Assembly (NCBI GenBank): GCA_003209955.1
Contig: QCOD01000008.1
Span: 508-64,507, forward strand
Length of the DNA: 64,000 nucleotides
Direction: 5' to 3'
Source: OCS116 cluster bacterium AG-430-B22
Lineage (GTDB): Bacteria; Pseudomonadota; Alphaproteobacteria; MED-G09
Part shown: piece by piece, positions 31,380-40,582 of the stretch
How the letters are laid out: each line of letters starts with the position of its first letter
Numbering within the stretch: the first letter of the stretch is position 1
The notes under the pieces: model-generated
The model's input: only the letters and a program-made list of their open reading frames with translations
Told to the model about the DNA's origin: nothing
Databases searched by the model: none
Position numbers and translations under genes: made by a program

Positions 31380-32869
31380 TAATTCATATATTTTTGTCTA
31401 TAATCTGAAAATTCTTTTTTAACTATACTGGCTAAAATATAGACACCAATAAGATTAGGTATAGCCATTAAAAATAAAGATGAGTCAGATAAATCAATTA
31501 CTTTAGTAAGGTCTAAAGATGCTCCAACAATTGCAAATGAACAAAAGATTAATTTATAAATTAGTTCAATTGATTTTTTTTCACCAAAAATAAATGTTAC
31601 TGCTTTTACACCGTAATATGACCATGAAATAGCTGTTGAGAATGCGAAAAGAATTGCAACAATAGCTAATACATATGGGAACCAGGGCAGAACTGATCCA
31701 AACGCTTGGGATGTCATTCTTGCTCCTTCTATACCTGTGCCTGAACTAAAAACGCCAGTTGTTATAATTACTAGAGCCGTGATGGTACAAATGACAACGG
31801 TATCTATAAATGGCTCAAGTAAGGAAACAATACCTTCAGTTGCTGGTTCGCTAGTTTTAACTGCTGAATGTGCGATCGGTGCAGACCCAATACCTGCTTC
31901 ATTAGAAAATACAGCCCTTCTAAAACCCAATATCAAAACACCTAAAAAACCACCTGTAACACCTTCAGGGGAAAATGCTCCAACAAATATAGATTTAACA
32001 GCAGTTGGAATTTGGTCAATATTTACAATTAATATAACTAAGGCGCTAATAATATAAATTATTGCCATGCTCGGAACTAATTTTGAGGTCACTGCAGCAA
32101 TCCTTTTTATACCTCCAATTATCACTACCCCTAAAAGTAATGCAAATATTGCTCCATAAACCCACGAATTAATATCTAAAAAACCGCCTTGACCACCAGA
32201 AACATAGATAATTAAATCCAAAGATTGATTTACCTGAAACATATTTCCTCCACCCAGTGAGGCAAATACACAAAAAATAGCAAACATATAAGCCAAAAAC
32301 TTCCCTAAAATAGGCATCCCTTTTTCTGATAAGCCCTTGGTTAGATAATACATTGCACCGCCAGATACACTCCCATCAGGGTTTATATTTCTGTATTTTA
32401 CTCCAAGTGTACATTCACAAAATTTAAGAGACATTCCAAGTAAACCGGATAATATCATCCAAAAAGTTGCACCAGGACCTCCAAGAGATATCGCAACTGC
32501 AACGCCCCCAATATTTCCCAAGCCTACAGTGCCAGATAAAGCTGTTGAAAGGGCCTTAAAATGTGAAACCTCACCAGAAGAATCATTGCTTGTGTGTTTG
32601 CCGCTAACAAGAGCAATAGAATGCCTAAAAGCACTAAAATTTACAAATCGAAAGTAAAATGTACAAAAAAGTCCTCCTAAAATTAACCAAATTACAATCA
32701 GCTCAACATTTGTTGAGCCCATGGGCAAACTGTAAAAAACTATATTGGAAACAACTTTCGACACAGGCTCAAGAAAATTATTTATATTTTCATCAATTCC
32801 TGCAAAAAGATTTATAGGAATAAAAGATATCAAATTTAATAAAATTATTTTATATAAATTTCTTTTCAT
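31379..32869 (-). CDS. Alanine/glycine:cation symporter (AGCS family)
   Basis: It has ~11 TM segments, with SxFxALSTALSGTVGLGNIGGVA and FSNEAGIGSAPIAH signatures of sodium:alanine symporters. Confidence 0.9.
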   Translation of the reverse strand: MKRNLYKIILLNLISFIPINLFAGIDENINNFLEPVSKVVSNIVFYSLPMGSTNVELIVIWLILGGLFCTFYFRFVNFSAFRHSIALVSGKHTSNDSSGEVSHFKALSTALSGTVGLGNIGGVAVAISLGGPGATFWMILSGLLGMSLKFCECTLGVKYRNINPDGSVSGGAMYYLTKGLSEKGMPILGKFLAYMFAIFCVFASLGGGNMFQVNQSLDLIIYVSGGQGGFLDINSWVYGAIFALLLGVVIIGGIKRIAAVTSKLVPSMAIIYIISALVILIVNIDQIPTAVKSIFVGAFSPEGVTGGFLGVLILGFRRAVFSNEAGIGSAPIAHSAVKTSEPATEGIVSLLEPFIDTVVICTITALVIITTGVFSSGTGIEGARMTSQAFGSVLPWFPYVLAIVAILFAFSTAISWSYYGVKAVTFIFGEKKSIELIYKLIFCSFAIVGASLDLTKVIDLSDSSLFLMAIPNLIGVYILASIVKKEFSDYRQKYMN

Positions 32870-32880
32870 AAAATTGAGTA

Positions 32881-32901
32881 ATCCTATAGATTAAATAGGA
32901 T
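32881..32901. repeat. Perfect 7-bp inverted repeat ATCCTAT-N7-ATAGGAT in the symporter/phnC divergent intergenic region
   Basis: Read directly. It is the only palindrome of this quality in the 86-bp divergent region. Function unknown. Confidence 0.7.
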
Positions 32902-32955
32902 ATTATTTGGTAAATATTTAAATACAAACAATTTAATGATTTTTTTAGGATAATA

Positions 32956-33702
32956 ATGGCTTCTCTTGAGATTAATTCACTAGTTAAAAGATTTTCAGAA
33001 ACTACTGCTATAAATGATATCTCAATAACAATATCGGATGGAGAAATGGTAGGGATAATAGGTAAATCAGGCGCTGGTAAATCTACACTCATGAGATTAA
33101 TTAATCGACTAATCGAACCATCAAGTGGCTCAATTACATATAATGGAATTCAAATCACCTCATTAAAAAGAAAAAGCTTAAAACAATGGCGGTCGAAATG
33201 CGCAATGATCTTTCAGCAATTCAATCTAATAGATCGCTTAGATGTATTAACGAATGTCTTAAGTGGAACATTAGGTATTAACTTTAAATTACTGAAATTA
33301 TTTAAGATTTATAGTAATAAAGAAAAAATTGAAGCACTTACATATTTAAATAATTTAGATCTGTCAGATAAAGCGTTACAAAGAGTTGGAACACTCTCTG
33401 GGGGTCAACAACAAAGGGTGGCTATCGCAAGGGCAATGATGCAGAATCCATCAATTTTACTTGCAGACGAGCCTATCTCTTCATTAGATCCAAAAAACTC
33501 AAAAGTTGTCATGGATGATATAAAAAAGATTAATAAACAAGATGGTATTATGGTTATATGTAACTTGCACTCCCTTGAAATAGCTAAAGAATATTGTGAT
33601 CGTTTAATTGGTTTATCTGATGGAAAAATAGTCTTTGACGGCCATCCATCCTCTCTCACTAAAGAATTAGCAGAACAATTATACGATTTAGAAAATGAAT
33701 GA
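32956..33702 (+). CDS. phnC: Phosphonate-type ABC transporter ATP-binding protein
   Basis: Walker A GKSGAGKST, IFQQFNLIDRLDVLTNVL.G and LSGGQQQRVAIARA closely parallel E. coli PhnC. Confidence 0.88.
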   Translation: MASLEINSLVKRFSETTAINDISITISDGEMVGIIGKSGAGKSTLMRLINRLIEPSSGSITYNGIQITSLKRKSLKQWRSKCAMIFQQFNLIDRLDVLTNVLSGTLGINFKLLKLFKIYSNKEKIEALTYLNNLDLSDKALQRVGTLSGGQQQRVAIARAMMQNPSILLADEPISSLDPKNSKVVMDDIKKINKQDGIMVICNLHSLEIAKEYCDRLIGLSDGKIVFDGHPSSLTKELAEQLYDLENE

Positions 33703-34573
33703 TTCTCTTCTTAAAAGGCATATATCTATATATTCTGAGCAATTAAGAAGTAGAAGATTATGGAATATATTTATCATTATTATTTTTGTTGTATCTTTTT
33801 TTACAAGCTCTTCAATCATTGACTTTAATTTATCTAAAATAATTGATGGTTTTCCAAGGCTTGGTGATTATATTTTCAAAATATTACCTAATCTTGATTC
33901 TAAATTAATTTTCGAAAACTCAAAAACTGAAGGCTCTATACAATATTGGTATTTTAATTTTAAAAAATATGCCGCCCTTCTTTATGAAACATTTAATATG
34001 GCTGTTTTATCGACTTTAATGGGCTTTGTGTTTGCTTTGTTATTAAGCTTTTTGTCAGCTAAAAACATAACTCCAAATATTTATAGCTATTATCTCGTAA
34101 AAAGATTTTTAGAATTCCTTAGAGGGGTTCCTGAAATTATATTTGCCATACTTTTTGTTTGGGCTTTAGGTGTAGGTCCTCTAGCAGGTATTATAGCAAT
34201 AACTATTCATACTACTGGTGCGTTAGGAAAGTTATTTTCTGAAGTTCATGAAAATGCAGACTTGAAAACATGCGAAGCTATTCGGTCTCATGGAGGTAAT
34301 TGGGTTTCTGAAATACGTTATGGAATAATCCCAAAAGTTCTTCCGAATATAATATCCTATGCTCTTTTGAGATTTGAGATCAACATAAGAGCGTCAACTG
34401 TTATAGGGTTTGTTGGTGCTGGAGGAATCGGCCAAGAACTCTATCTTGTAATTAATTTCAATTATTACGAAGAAGTAAGCGCAATAATTCTTCTCATTAT
34501 ATTAACCGTTATAACTATAGATGTTTCATCAGGAAGAATTAGGCAAAAAATTATTGGAGAGATGGGTGTCTGA
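33695..34573 (+). CDS. phnE: Phosphonate-type ABC transporter permease
   Basis: This PhnE-family permease has EVPE.IFA and RASTVIGFVGAGGIGQEL. The start overlaps the phnC stop (ATGAATGA). Confidence 0.85.
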   Translation: MNDSLLKRHISIYSEQLRSRRLWNIFIIIIFVVSFFTSSSIIDFNLSKIIDGFPRLGDYIFKILPNLDSKLIFENSKTEGSIQYWYFNFKKYAALLYETFNMAVLSTLMGFVFALLLSFLSAKNITPNIYSYYLVKRFLEFLRGVPEIIFAILFVWALGVGPLAGIIAITIHTTGALGKLFSEVHENADLKTCEAIRSHGGNWVSEIRYGIIPKVLPNIISYALLRFEINIRASTVIGFVGAGGIGQELYLVINFNYYEEVSAIILLIILTVITIDVSSGRIRQKIIGEMGV

Positions 34574-35390
34574 AAAAGATATAATATCACTCTGTCCTAA
34601 AGCATTTTACCCTTTATGGAAACGCTCACCAATAGTTTTTACAGGCTATATACTAGTAATTTTCTATTTTCTATTTTGCTTATATTATTTTGATTTCTCC
34701 TTAGGAAAAATACTTTCTGGTCTTTCAAATATGGAACCTATTTTAGTTGCAATGTTTACCTGGAATGATTTTTTTAATTGGAATTTTAATTCTATCTTCA
34801 CTGGTCTAGCTCAAACACTTGGTATGGCATTCTTAGGTACATTCTTAGCCACTTTGGTGTGTATACCAATAAGTTTTGTTGCCTCTCGTCAAATTTTCAA
34901 ATTTGGTTTAATACGTTTTCTTATAAAACGCTTTTTAGATTTTATTAGAGGAGTTGATATTTTAATCTGGGCAATTATTTATGTAAGAGCATTCGGTTTA
35001 GGGCCATTTGCTGGATTACTATCTATATTCACAGTTGATGTGGGAACACTTGGAAAGTTATTTTCAGAAGCAACAGATAATGCTGACACTCGTCAAATTG
35101 AAGGTATACAATCAACCGGCGCTAGCAAGGTTTCAGTAATTCGTTACGGATTAATTCCGCAAATTTTTCCAATATTTATTTCGCAAAGCTTATATTTCTT
35201 TGAGTCTAATACAAGATCAGCAGTAATTCTTGGTGTTGTTGGTGCTGGAGGAATTGGTTTACAGCTAACTGAGAGAATGAAGGCACAATACTGGGATCAA
35301 ACTCTATTTATCATAATATTAATTCTTATAATGGTTGCGATTATCGATACAGCATCAAGAATTATTAGGAAAAGTATCATAGATGAATAA
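34566..35390 (+). CDS. phnE: Phosphonate-type ABC transporter permease, second copy
   Basis: RSAVILGVVGAGGIGLQL is a PhnE signature. The track start (ATG 34521) gives a 53-nt overlap. I prefer GTG 34566 with GGAGAG 4 nt upstream and an 8-nt overlap, but the start is uncertain. Confidence 0.8.
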   Translation: MSEKDIISLCPKAFYPLWKRSPIVFTGYILVIFYFLFCLYYFDFSLGKILSGLSNMEPILVAMFTWNDFFNWNFNSIFTGLAQTLGMAFLGTFLATLVCIPISFVASRQIFKFGLIRFLIKRFLDFIRGVDILIWAIIYVRAFGLGPFAGLLSIFTVDVGTLGKLFSEATDNADTRQIEGIQSTGASKVSVIRYGLIPQIFPIFISQSLYFFESNTRSAVILGVVGAGGIGLQLTERMKAQYWDQTLFIIILILIMVAIIDTASRIIRKSIIDE

Positions 35391-36753
35391 ATTCTTTAAT
35401 GAATCCAAATATTTCTTTCGTATTGGCTTTCCAATGCTTGGTTCTCAATTATCATTTATGATTATGTCAGCTACGGATACAATAGTTGCTGGAAGAGCCG
35501 GAGCTGACCAACTCGCAGGTCTTGTAATAGCCAATTCCTTTACTTATCCAATTTTCATGTTTATGGCGGGGATAATTTTTTCTGTCATTCCAATTGTAGC
35601 GCAACTTAATGGTGCAAATAAAGATCTAGAAATAGGTCAAAAAATAAGAGAAGTCTTTTGGTTGGCTGCTTTACTTGGGCTTCTTTTAGTTATTATTTTC
35701 TATTTTGGCAGCCAATTACTGACCTTTTTACCTATTGATAAAACAATTACTTCAATATCTATTTCTTATCTCAAAGCAATTTCCATAGGTATGTTTTTCT
35801 ATATATTGTATAGATTGTTAAGTTCATATAGCGAGGGTTTAACTCTTACAATTCCAGTTTTCATAGTTGTCTTCATGGGTGCATTAATAAATATCCCGCT
35901 AGATATAATATTTGTATATGGATATTTCGGATTACCAGAGATGGGAGGTGTTGGTTGTGGATATGCTACAACAATAGTTTCAACACTAATGTTTGCTGCA
36001 ATGCTTGGCATTGTTTTGTTTTCCAAATCCTATAAGAAAAATAAATTATTCAGCAGATTTGATGGACCATCTTTGAAAACTTCCATGGAGGTATTCAAGC
36101 TTGGAACCCCCATTGGTTTTGGAATATTTGTTGAATTAAGCATGTATTCAGGGGCTGCCATAATTCTAGCACCGCTTGGGGAAAATGTTGTCTCGGGTCA
36201 TGCTGTTGCACTCAATATTGCAAGTATTGTTTTCATGTTACCGCTGGCTATAGGTCTTGCCGCATCAACCAGAGTCGGTAATCTGCTTGGAGAAAAGAGG
36301 TATATTGATGCACGATACTCATCCAAGGTTTCTGTATACCTATGTTTAATAGGTGCCCTATTTAATATGACACTCCTAGTCACACTGGGTGACAAACTTA
36401 TATCACTTTATACAACCGATCTTCTGGTTTTTTCCGTTGCAAGTCATTTAATTGTTTTTGCCGCCATTTTCCAAATTCCCGATGGCATTGGTATGGGAAG
36501 TCTTGGGGCATTGAGAGGATATAAAGATACTTTCATGACAATGGTTTTCATCATTATTGCCTATTGGGTATTTGCTATCCCTTTTGGGTACTATCTTACC
36601 TATTACGGCATAAACCAACCCATGGGAGAAAGCGGAATGTGGATCAGCATGATTGTCGGTTTGACAATATTTGCAACTCTTATTTCAAGAAGATTAAATA
36701 AAATCTCAGGACTTCATGCTATGATCAGAAAAGAGAAGGTTCCTCAATTTTGA
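35383..36753 (+). CDS. MATE-family efflux transporter
   Basis: It has 12 TM segments and the N-terminus RIGFPMLGSQLSFMIMSATDTIVAGR, typical of NorM-like MATE pumps. The start overlaps the phnE stop (ATGAATAA). Confidence 0.88.
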   Translation: MNKFFNESKYFFRIGFPMLGSQLSFMIMSATDTIVAGRAGADQLAGLVIANSFTYPIFMFMAGIIFSVIPIVAQLNGANKDLEIGQKIREVFWLAALLGLLLVIIFYFGSQLLTFLPIDKTITSISISYLKAISIGMFFYILYRLLSSYSEGLTLTIPVFIVVFMGALINIPLDIIFVYGYFGLPEMGGVGCGYATTIVSTLMFAAMLGIVLFSKSYKKNKLFSRFDGPSLKTSMEVFKLGTPIGFGIFVELSMYSGAAIILAPLGENVVSGHAVALNIASIVFMLPLAIGLAASTRVGNLLGEKRYIDARYSSKVSVYLCLIGALFNMTLLVTLGDKLISLYTTDLLVFSVASHLIVFAAIFQIPDGIGMGSLGALRGYKDTFMTMVFIIIAYWVFAIPFGYYLTYYGINQPMGESGMWISMIVGLTIFATLISRRLNKISGLHAMIRKEKVPQF

Positions 36754-36775
36754 AATTATTCATTATTTCATAAAC

Positions 36776-37699
36776 CTATACGGGGAAAAGCCATTTATTG
36801 AATTTATTGTCTTTTCCTTCAGTGACTCTCAGAAATCGGTTTTTCAGAATCATCGTTGTTTTTCCTGCTTCACCATTTCCAACAGGCTTTCCATCTAGAC
36901 TGTTGACTGGATAGACAAGATGACTAGATGATGTGATGAAAACCTCCCTTGCTTCTTCGAGCTCTCTTCGAGGAATGCGTCCAATGTTCATTTCAATACC
37001 TTCATCTTCAGCTATCTCGATAATACTCATTCGGGTAATGCCGTGCAAAACTTCGTCCTCGTGAGCCGTCCTGAGGACTCCACCGCGATTAACTATAAAT
37101 ACATTCGATGTTGGTGCCTCAGTTATATAGTCCTCACTATCAGTAAGAATGATTTCATCGTATCCATTTTTTCTTGCTTTCCATTTGGCCATCATTGGAG
37201 AGGTATAATTAGCAGCTATCTTTATCTGCGGTTCAATGATGTCCTGTCTTCTCTGATGCCGCTCTTTCTCAATCCACACACTTAACTGCTTGGAGCTATG
37301 AAATGGCTGAGAATTCTTTTCGATAATATCCTTCTGAGGATCATAAGCAGCAATAGCAACTTTGGTAAAAGGGTCCTGGGGCACTACGTCAATTTCTATG
37401 GACGCAATATAAACACTGATTTTAATGAATTTACTTCCAGGATTTTCTTTAACCGTATCAAAAACTGCATCAATTAATTCATTCTCCATATAGTCAATGG
37501 GAATTCCGGCCATAAGGCATGATCTGAGAAGTCTCTTGATATGTTTATCAACCCTAAAAATAAATGTTCCATTTTCATTTTCGAAAATAGGAATAAAACC
37601 GAAAATCAAGGAACCCCTTTGATGGGAGTGCGACAGAATATGAACTGAAGCGTCATTCCAATCAACAAACTCTCCATCTATCCAAATTTTTCTTTTCAT
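36776..37699 (-). CDS. Class IV (branched-chain / D-amino-acid) aminotransferase family protein
   Basis: It has the fold-type IV pattern: WIDGEFV.W.DA.VH, the catalytic-Lys context IKIAANY, NVFIV and HGITR. Confidence 0.8.
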   Translation of the reverse strand: MKRKIWIDGEFVDWNDASVHILSHSHQRGSLIFGFIPIFENENGTFIFRVDKHIKRLLRSCLMAGIPIDYMENELIDAVFDTVKENPGSKFIKISVYIASIEIDVVPQDPFTKVAIAAYDPQKDIIEKNSQPFHSSKQLSVWIEKERHQRRQDIIEPQIKIAANYTSPMMAKWKARKNGYDEIILTDSEDYITEAPTSNVFIVNRGGVLRTAHEDEVLHGITRMSIIEIAEDEGIEMNIGRIPRRELEEAREVFITSSSHLVYPVNSLDGKPVGNGEAGKTTMILKNRFLRVTEGKDNKFNKWLFPV

Positions 37700-37747
37700 A
37701 TTATTTAACGAATCACCTTTAAATTTTTATGATAACCTAAAATTGCT

Positions 37748-38491
37748 ATGTACCCTATTCTGATAAACATATGGATGACTATTGGTATTATTACCTTCAT
37801 CATTTTACTTATAATAAGTGCCCCCTATGGCAGACACTCAAGATCAGGCTGGGGATTAACTATACCCAAAAGACTTGGATGGATAGTAATGGAAAGCCCA
37901 GCATTATATCTTCTCTGGATATATTATTTTCTTTATGACGGATTTAGTAATCCTGTTCTTATTTTCTTTTTGATGATTTGGTCAATACATTATTTCAATA
38001 GAAGCTTTATATGGCCAATGAGAATAAAAAAAGATGGAACAATGCCCGTTTTAGTTGCCTTAATGGCCTTTTTGTTTAATGCCGTTAATACATTTTTACA
38101 TGGTTATTGGTTTTTTCTTTTGGATATTAATTACGATATATCATGGTTTTCTGAGCCAGTTTTCATAATTGGTTTTTTGATATTTCTTATAGGTGCTTTC
38201 ATTAATATTCATTCAGACAATATTTTAATGCGGTTAGCAAAAAATTCAGAGCATGGATACAAAATTCCACAAGAAGGATTGTATAAATATGTATCTAGTC
38301 CAAATTATTTGGGGGAAATTATAGAATGGCTCGGATGGGCCATTCTCACTTGGAGCGTATCTGGATTAGTATTCTTTTTCTGGACAATATTTAATTTACT
38401 TCCAAGAGCTATAAGCCATCATAAATGGTATAAAGAAAAATTTGAGGATTACCCAAAAGAGAGAAAAATAATAATTCCAAAAATCCTTTAA
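37748..38491 (+). CDS. 3-oxo-5-alpha-steroid 4-dehydrogenase (steroid/polyprenol 5-alpha-reductase) family membrane protein
   Basis: APYGRH near the N-terminus, YKIPQEGLYKYVSSPNYLGEIIEWLGWA and HHKWYKEKFEDYPKERKIIIP are close to the eukaryotic SRD5A family signature. Confidence 0.8.
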   Translation: MYPILINIWMTIGIITFIILLIISAPYGRHSRSGWGLTIPKRLGWIVMESPALYLLWIYYFLYDGFSNPVLIFFLMIWSIHYFNRSFIWPMRIKKDGTMPVLVALMAFLFNAVNTFLHGYWFFLLDINYDISWFSEPVFIIGFLIFLIGAFINIHSDNILMRLAKNSEHGYKIPQEGLYKYVSSPNYLGEIIEWLGWAILTWSVSGLVFFFWTIFNLLPRAISHHKWYKEKFEDYPKERKIIIPKIL

Positions 38492-39285
38492 GGCCTCTTT
38501 CTCATAATTAGTTTGTAATATAAATTTGTTAACCATTTCGGAGTTAACCACATAAGAAAAGCCAGGAATTTATTTATTCCCCCATTAATATATAAATCTT
38601 TACCCTTCATTGTCTCGTCAAAAGCTTGTTTGGCTACGGTTTTTGAGTTCATCCACATAAAACTTGGTATAGAACTTTTGAATTCGCCCATTTGATCGTG
38701 AAATTCTGTATGAGTAAAACCTGGGCAAACAGCACAACAATAAATATTATTATCTTTATATTCTTTATGAATACCCTCTGAAAATTTAATTACCATTGAT
38801 TTAACGGCAGTATACATGCCCCCAGAGTTTGATGCTGGAGCAAATCCTGCAAGTGAGGCAATATTAATAATTCTTCCAAAACCATTACTTATCATATTTT
38901 GTATAAATAACTGGGTTAAAGATACAACTGATGTTGATAAAACATTAATAAACTTTATGTGGTCTTCATATGAAATCTTGTGAAAGCTATCTAAAGTTCC
39001 ATAACCTGCATTATTAACTAAAAAATCAGGCATAAGATCATTTCTTTTACATTCATCATAAATTCTCTCATATTCAGGTATCTGACTTAAATCTGCTGCA
39101 ATAACCATTATTTTTATTGAAAACTTATCCTGTATATCTTCCTTTATCTTAATAAGGTTATCTTCACGCCTTGCTAAAAGGATCAGATTAATGCCCTTTT
39201 CAGCCATAATATATGCAATATCTTTACCTATCCCAGATGAAGCTCCTGTAATAAGAGCATTTTTTCCAATAAAATTATCTGCCAT
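38488..39285 (-). CDS. SDR-family oxidoreductase with hydrophobic C-terminal tail
   Basis: TGASSGIGK, NNAG and YTAVK (YxxxK) are present. It starts 2 nt after the P450 stop. Confidence 0.85.
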   Translation of the reverse strand: MADNFIGKNALITGASSGIGKDIAYIMAEKGINLILLARREDNLIKIKEDIQDKFSIKIMVIAADLSQIPEYERIYDECKRNDLMPDFLVNNAGYGTLDSFHKISYEDHIKFINVLSTSVVSLTQLFIQNMISNGFGRIINIASLAGFAPASNSGGMYTAVKSMVIKFSEGIHKEYKDNNIYCCAVCPGFTHTEFHDQMGEFKSSIPSFMWMNSKTVAKQAFDETMKGKDLYINGGINKFLAFLMWLTPKWLTNLYYKLIMRKRP

Positions 39286-39287
39286 AT

Positions 39288-40559
39288 CTAAGCTTTCTCA
39301 AAAGTTAAATATAATTTATTCAGACCCCGTAAAGCAAAATGTGATCGATGAAGAAAATCATTTTTATTTTCAGCAAGATTAATATTAGTTAATCTTTCTA
39401 GAAGTATTTGAAATGCTAATCTCATTTCTTGCCTTGCCAAAGGGGCGCCAATACAATGATGATGAGAGGTTCCATAAGCAAGATGTTTGCCTGGGTTTTT
39501 TCTATCCAAAATCATGTCCATAGGGCATTCAAATTGCTCTTCATCTCTATTGGCTGATCCAAAACGCATATCAATTATTGAGCCCTCTGGTATTTCAACC
39601 CCTGATAACAAAACATCTTTTCTAACTCTTCTAAAAAGACTCTGCACAGGTGTTTCTAGTCTAATTATTTCCTCTACGAAATTTTTATATTTTGCTTTTC
39701 CAGAGATAAGGTCGTCCATCTTGTCTCTTTTTTGCATCAACATCAACATTCCACTACCTAAGGAATCAGTAGTTGTCTCATTACCACCAATGTTTAAGTC
39801 ACTTACAATTGAGAGAAGTTCTTCAGTTTCTAATTTCTTTCCATCTTCATCAATATAATTAACAAGATCAGAAATTATATCATCTTTTGGATTTAATCTT
39901 TTTTCTTCAAATGTTTTAACCATATAATGTTGAAATTCTACTAACCTCTCAGCTACAGAGATTTCTTCTTCTTCGCTAAGCATTTGACTTAAACCTGCAG
40001 AAGTATCTTGCGACCAGGATTTAAGTTTCGGAAGATCTTTTTTAGGAAAACCTAACCTATCTTGAATAACATTCATTGGTAAAGGTATGCAAAATTGGGA
40101 AACAAACTCGACCTCCCCATCATCTATAAAGGAATCAATTAAATCATTAATTAAATTCACAATATAGGGTTCCATATTTTTTACTCTTTTTGCAGTAAAA
40201 GATGGGTTTGCTGCCTTTCTAAATTTAGTATGATATGGAGGCTCTGCACCAAAACAAGGTATCTGCTGCCATCCCTTTTCTCGAAAAACCCTTCCTACAC
40301 TATCTCCGTGTTTCCAATAACCCTTTTTTTTATGTTTTGAATCTTTTTCCCAATAGGCTGCTATATCGCGTGAAAAGTAATCGTAGTCCGTTAATACTCT
40401 TTTTAAATCATCATATTTAGTGACAACATAAAAACCCGTATCTTTACTATGATATACTGGGGCCTCTTCTCTATAAACTTTATAGGCTTCATAGGGGCTT
40501 TCAATAACATCGGGGTCTAAAAGATTATAATTTTCAGGTGATTTTATTTTTTTATTCAT
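39288..40559 (-). CDS. Cytochrome P450
   Basis: It has the heme-thiolate loop YGTSHHHCIGAPLA (FxxGxxxCxG type), an ExxR (ETPVQSLFRR) and I-helix GGNETT. The start was set to the ATG at 40559 (MNKKIK) rather than the upstream TTG. Confidence 0.92.
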   Translation of the reverse strand: MNKKIKSPENYNLLDPDVIESPYEAYKVYREEAPVYHSKDTGFYVVTKYDDLKRVLTDYDYFSRDIAAYWEKDSKHKKKGYWKHGDSVGRVFREKGWQQIPCFGAEPPYHTKFRKAANPSFTAKRVKNMEPYIVNLINDLIDSFIDDGEVEFVSQFCIPLPMNVIQDRLGFPKKDLPKLKSWSQDTSAGLSQMLSEEEEISVAERLVEFQHYMVKTFEEKRLNPKDDIISDLVNYIDEDGKKLETEELLSIVSDLNIGGNETTTDSLGSGMLMLMQKRDKMDDLISGKAKYKNFVEEIIRLETPVQSLFRRVRKDVLLSGVEIPEGSIIDMRFGSANRDEEQFECPMDMILDRKNPGKHLAYGTSHHHCIGAPLARQEMRLAFQILLERLTNINLAENKNDFLHRSHFALRGLNKLYLTFEKA

Positions 40560-40582
40560 TTTAAAACTTTCCAAATACAAAA

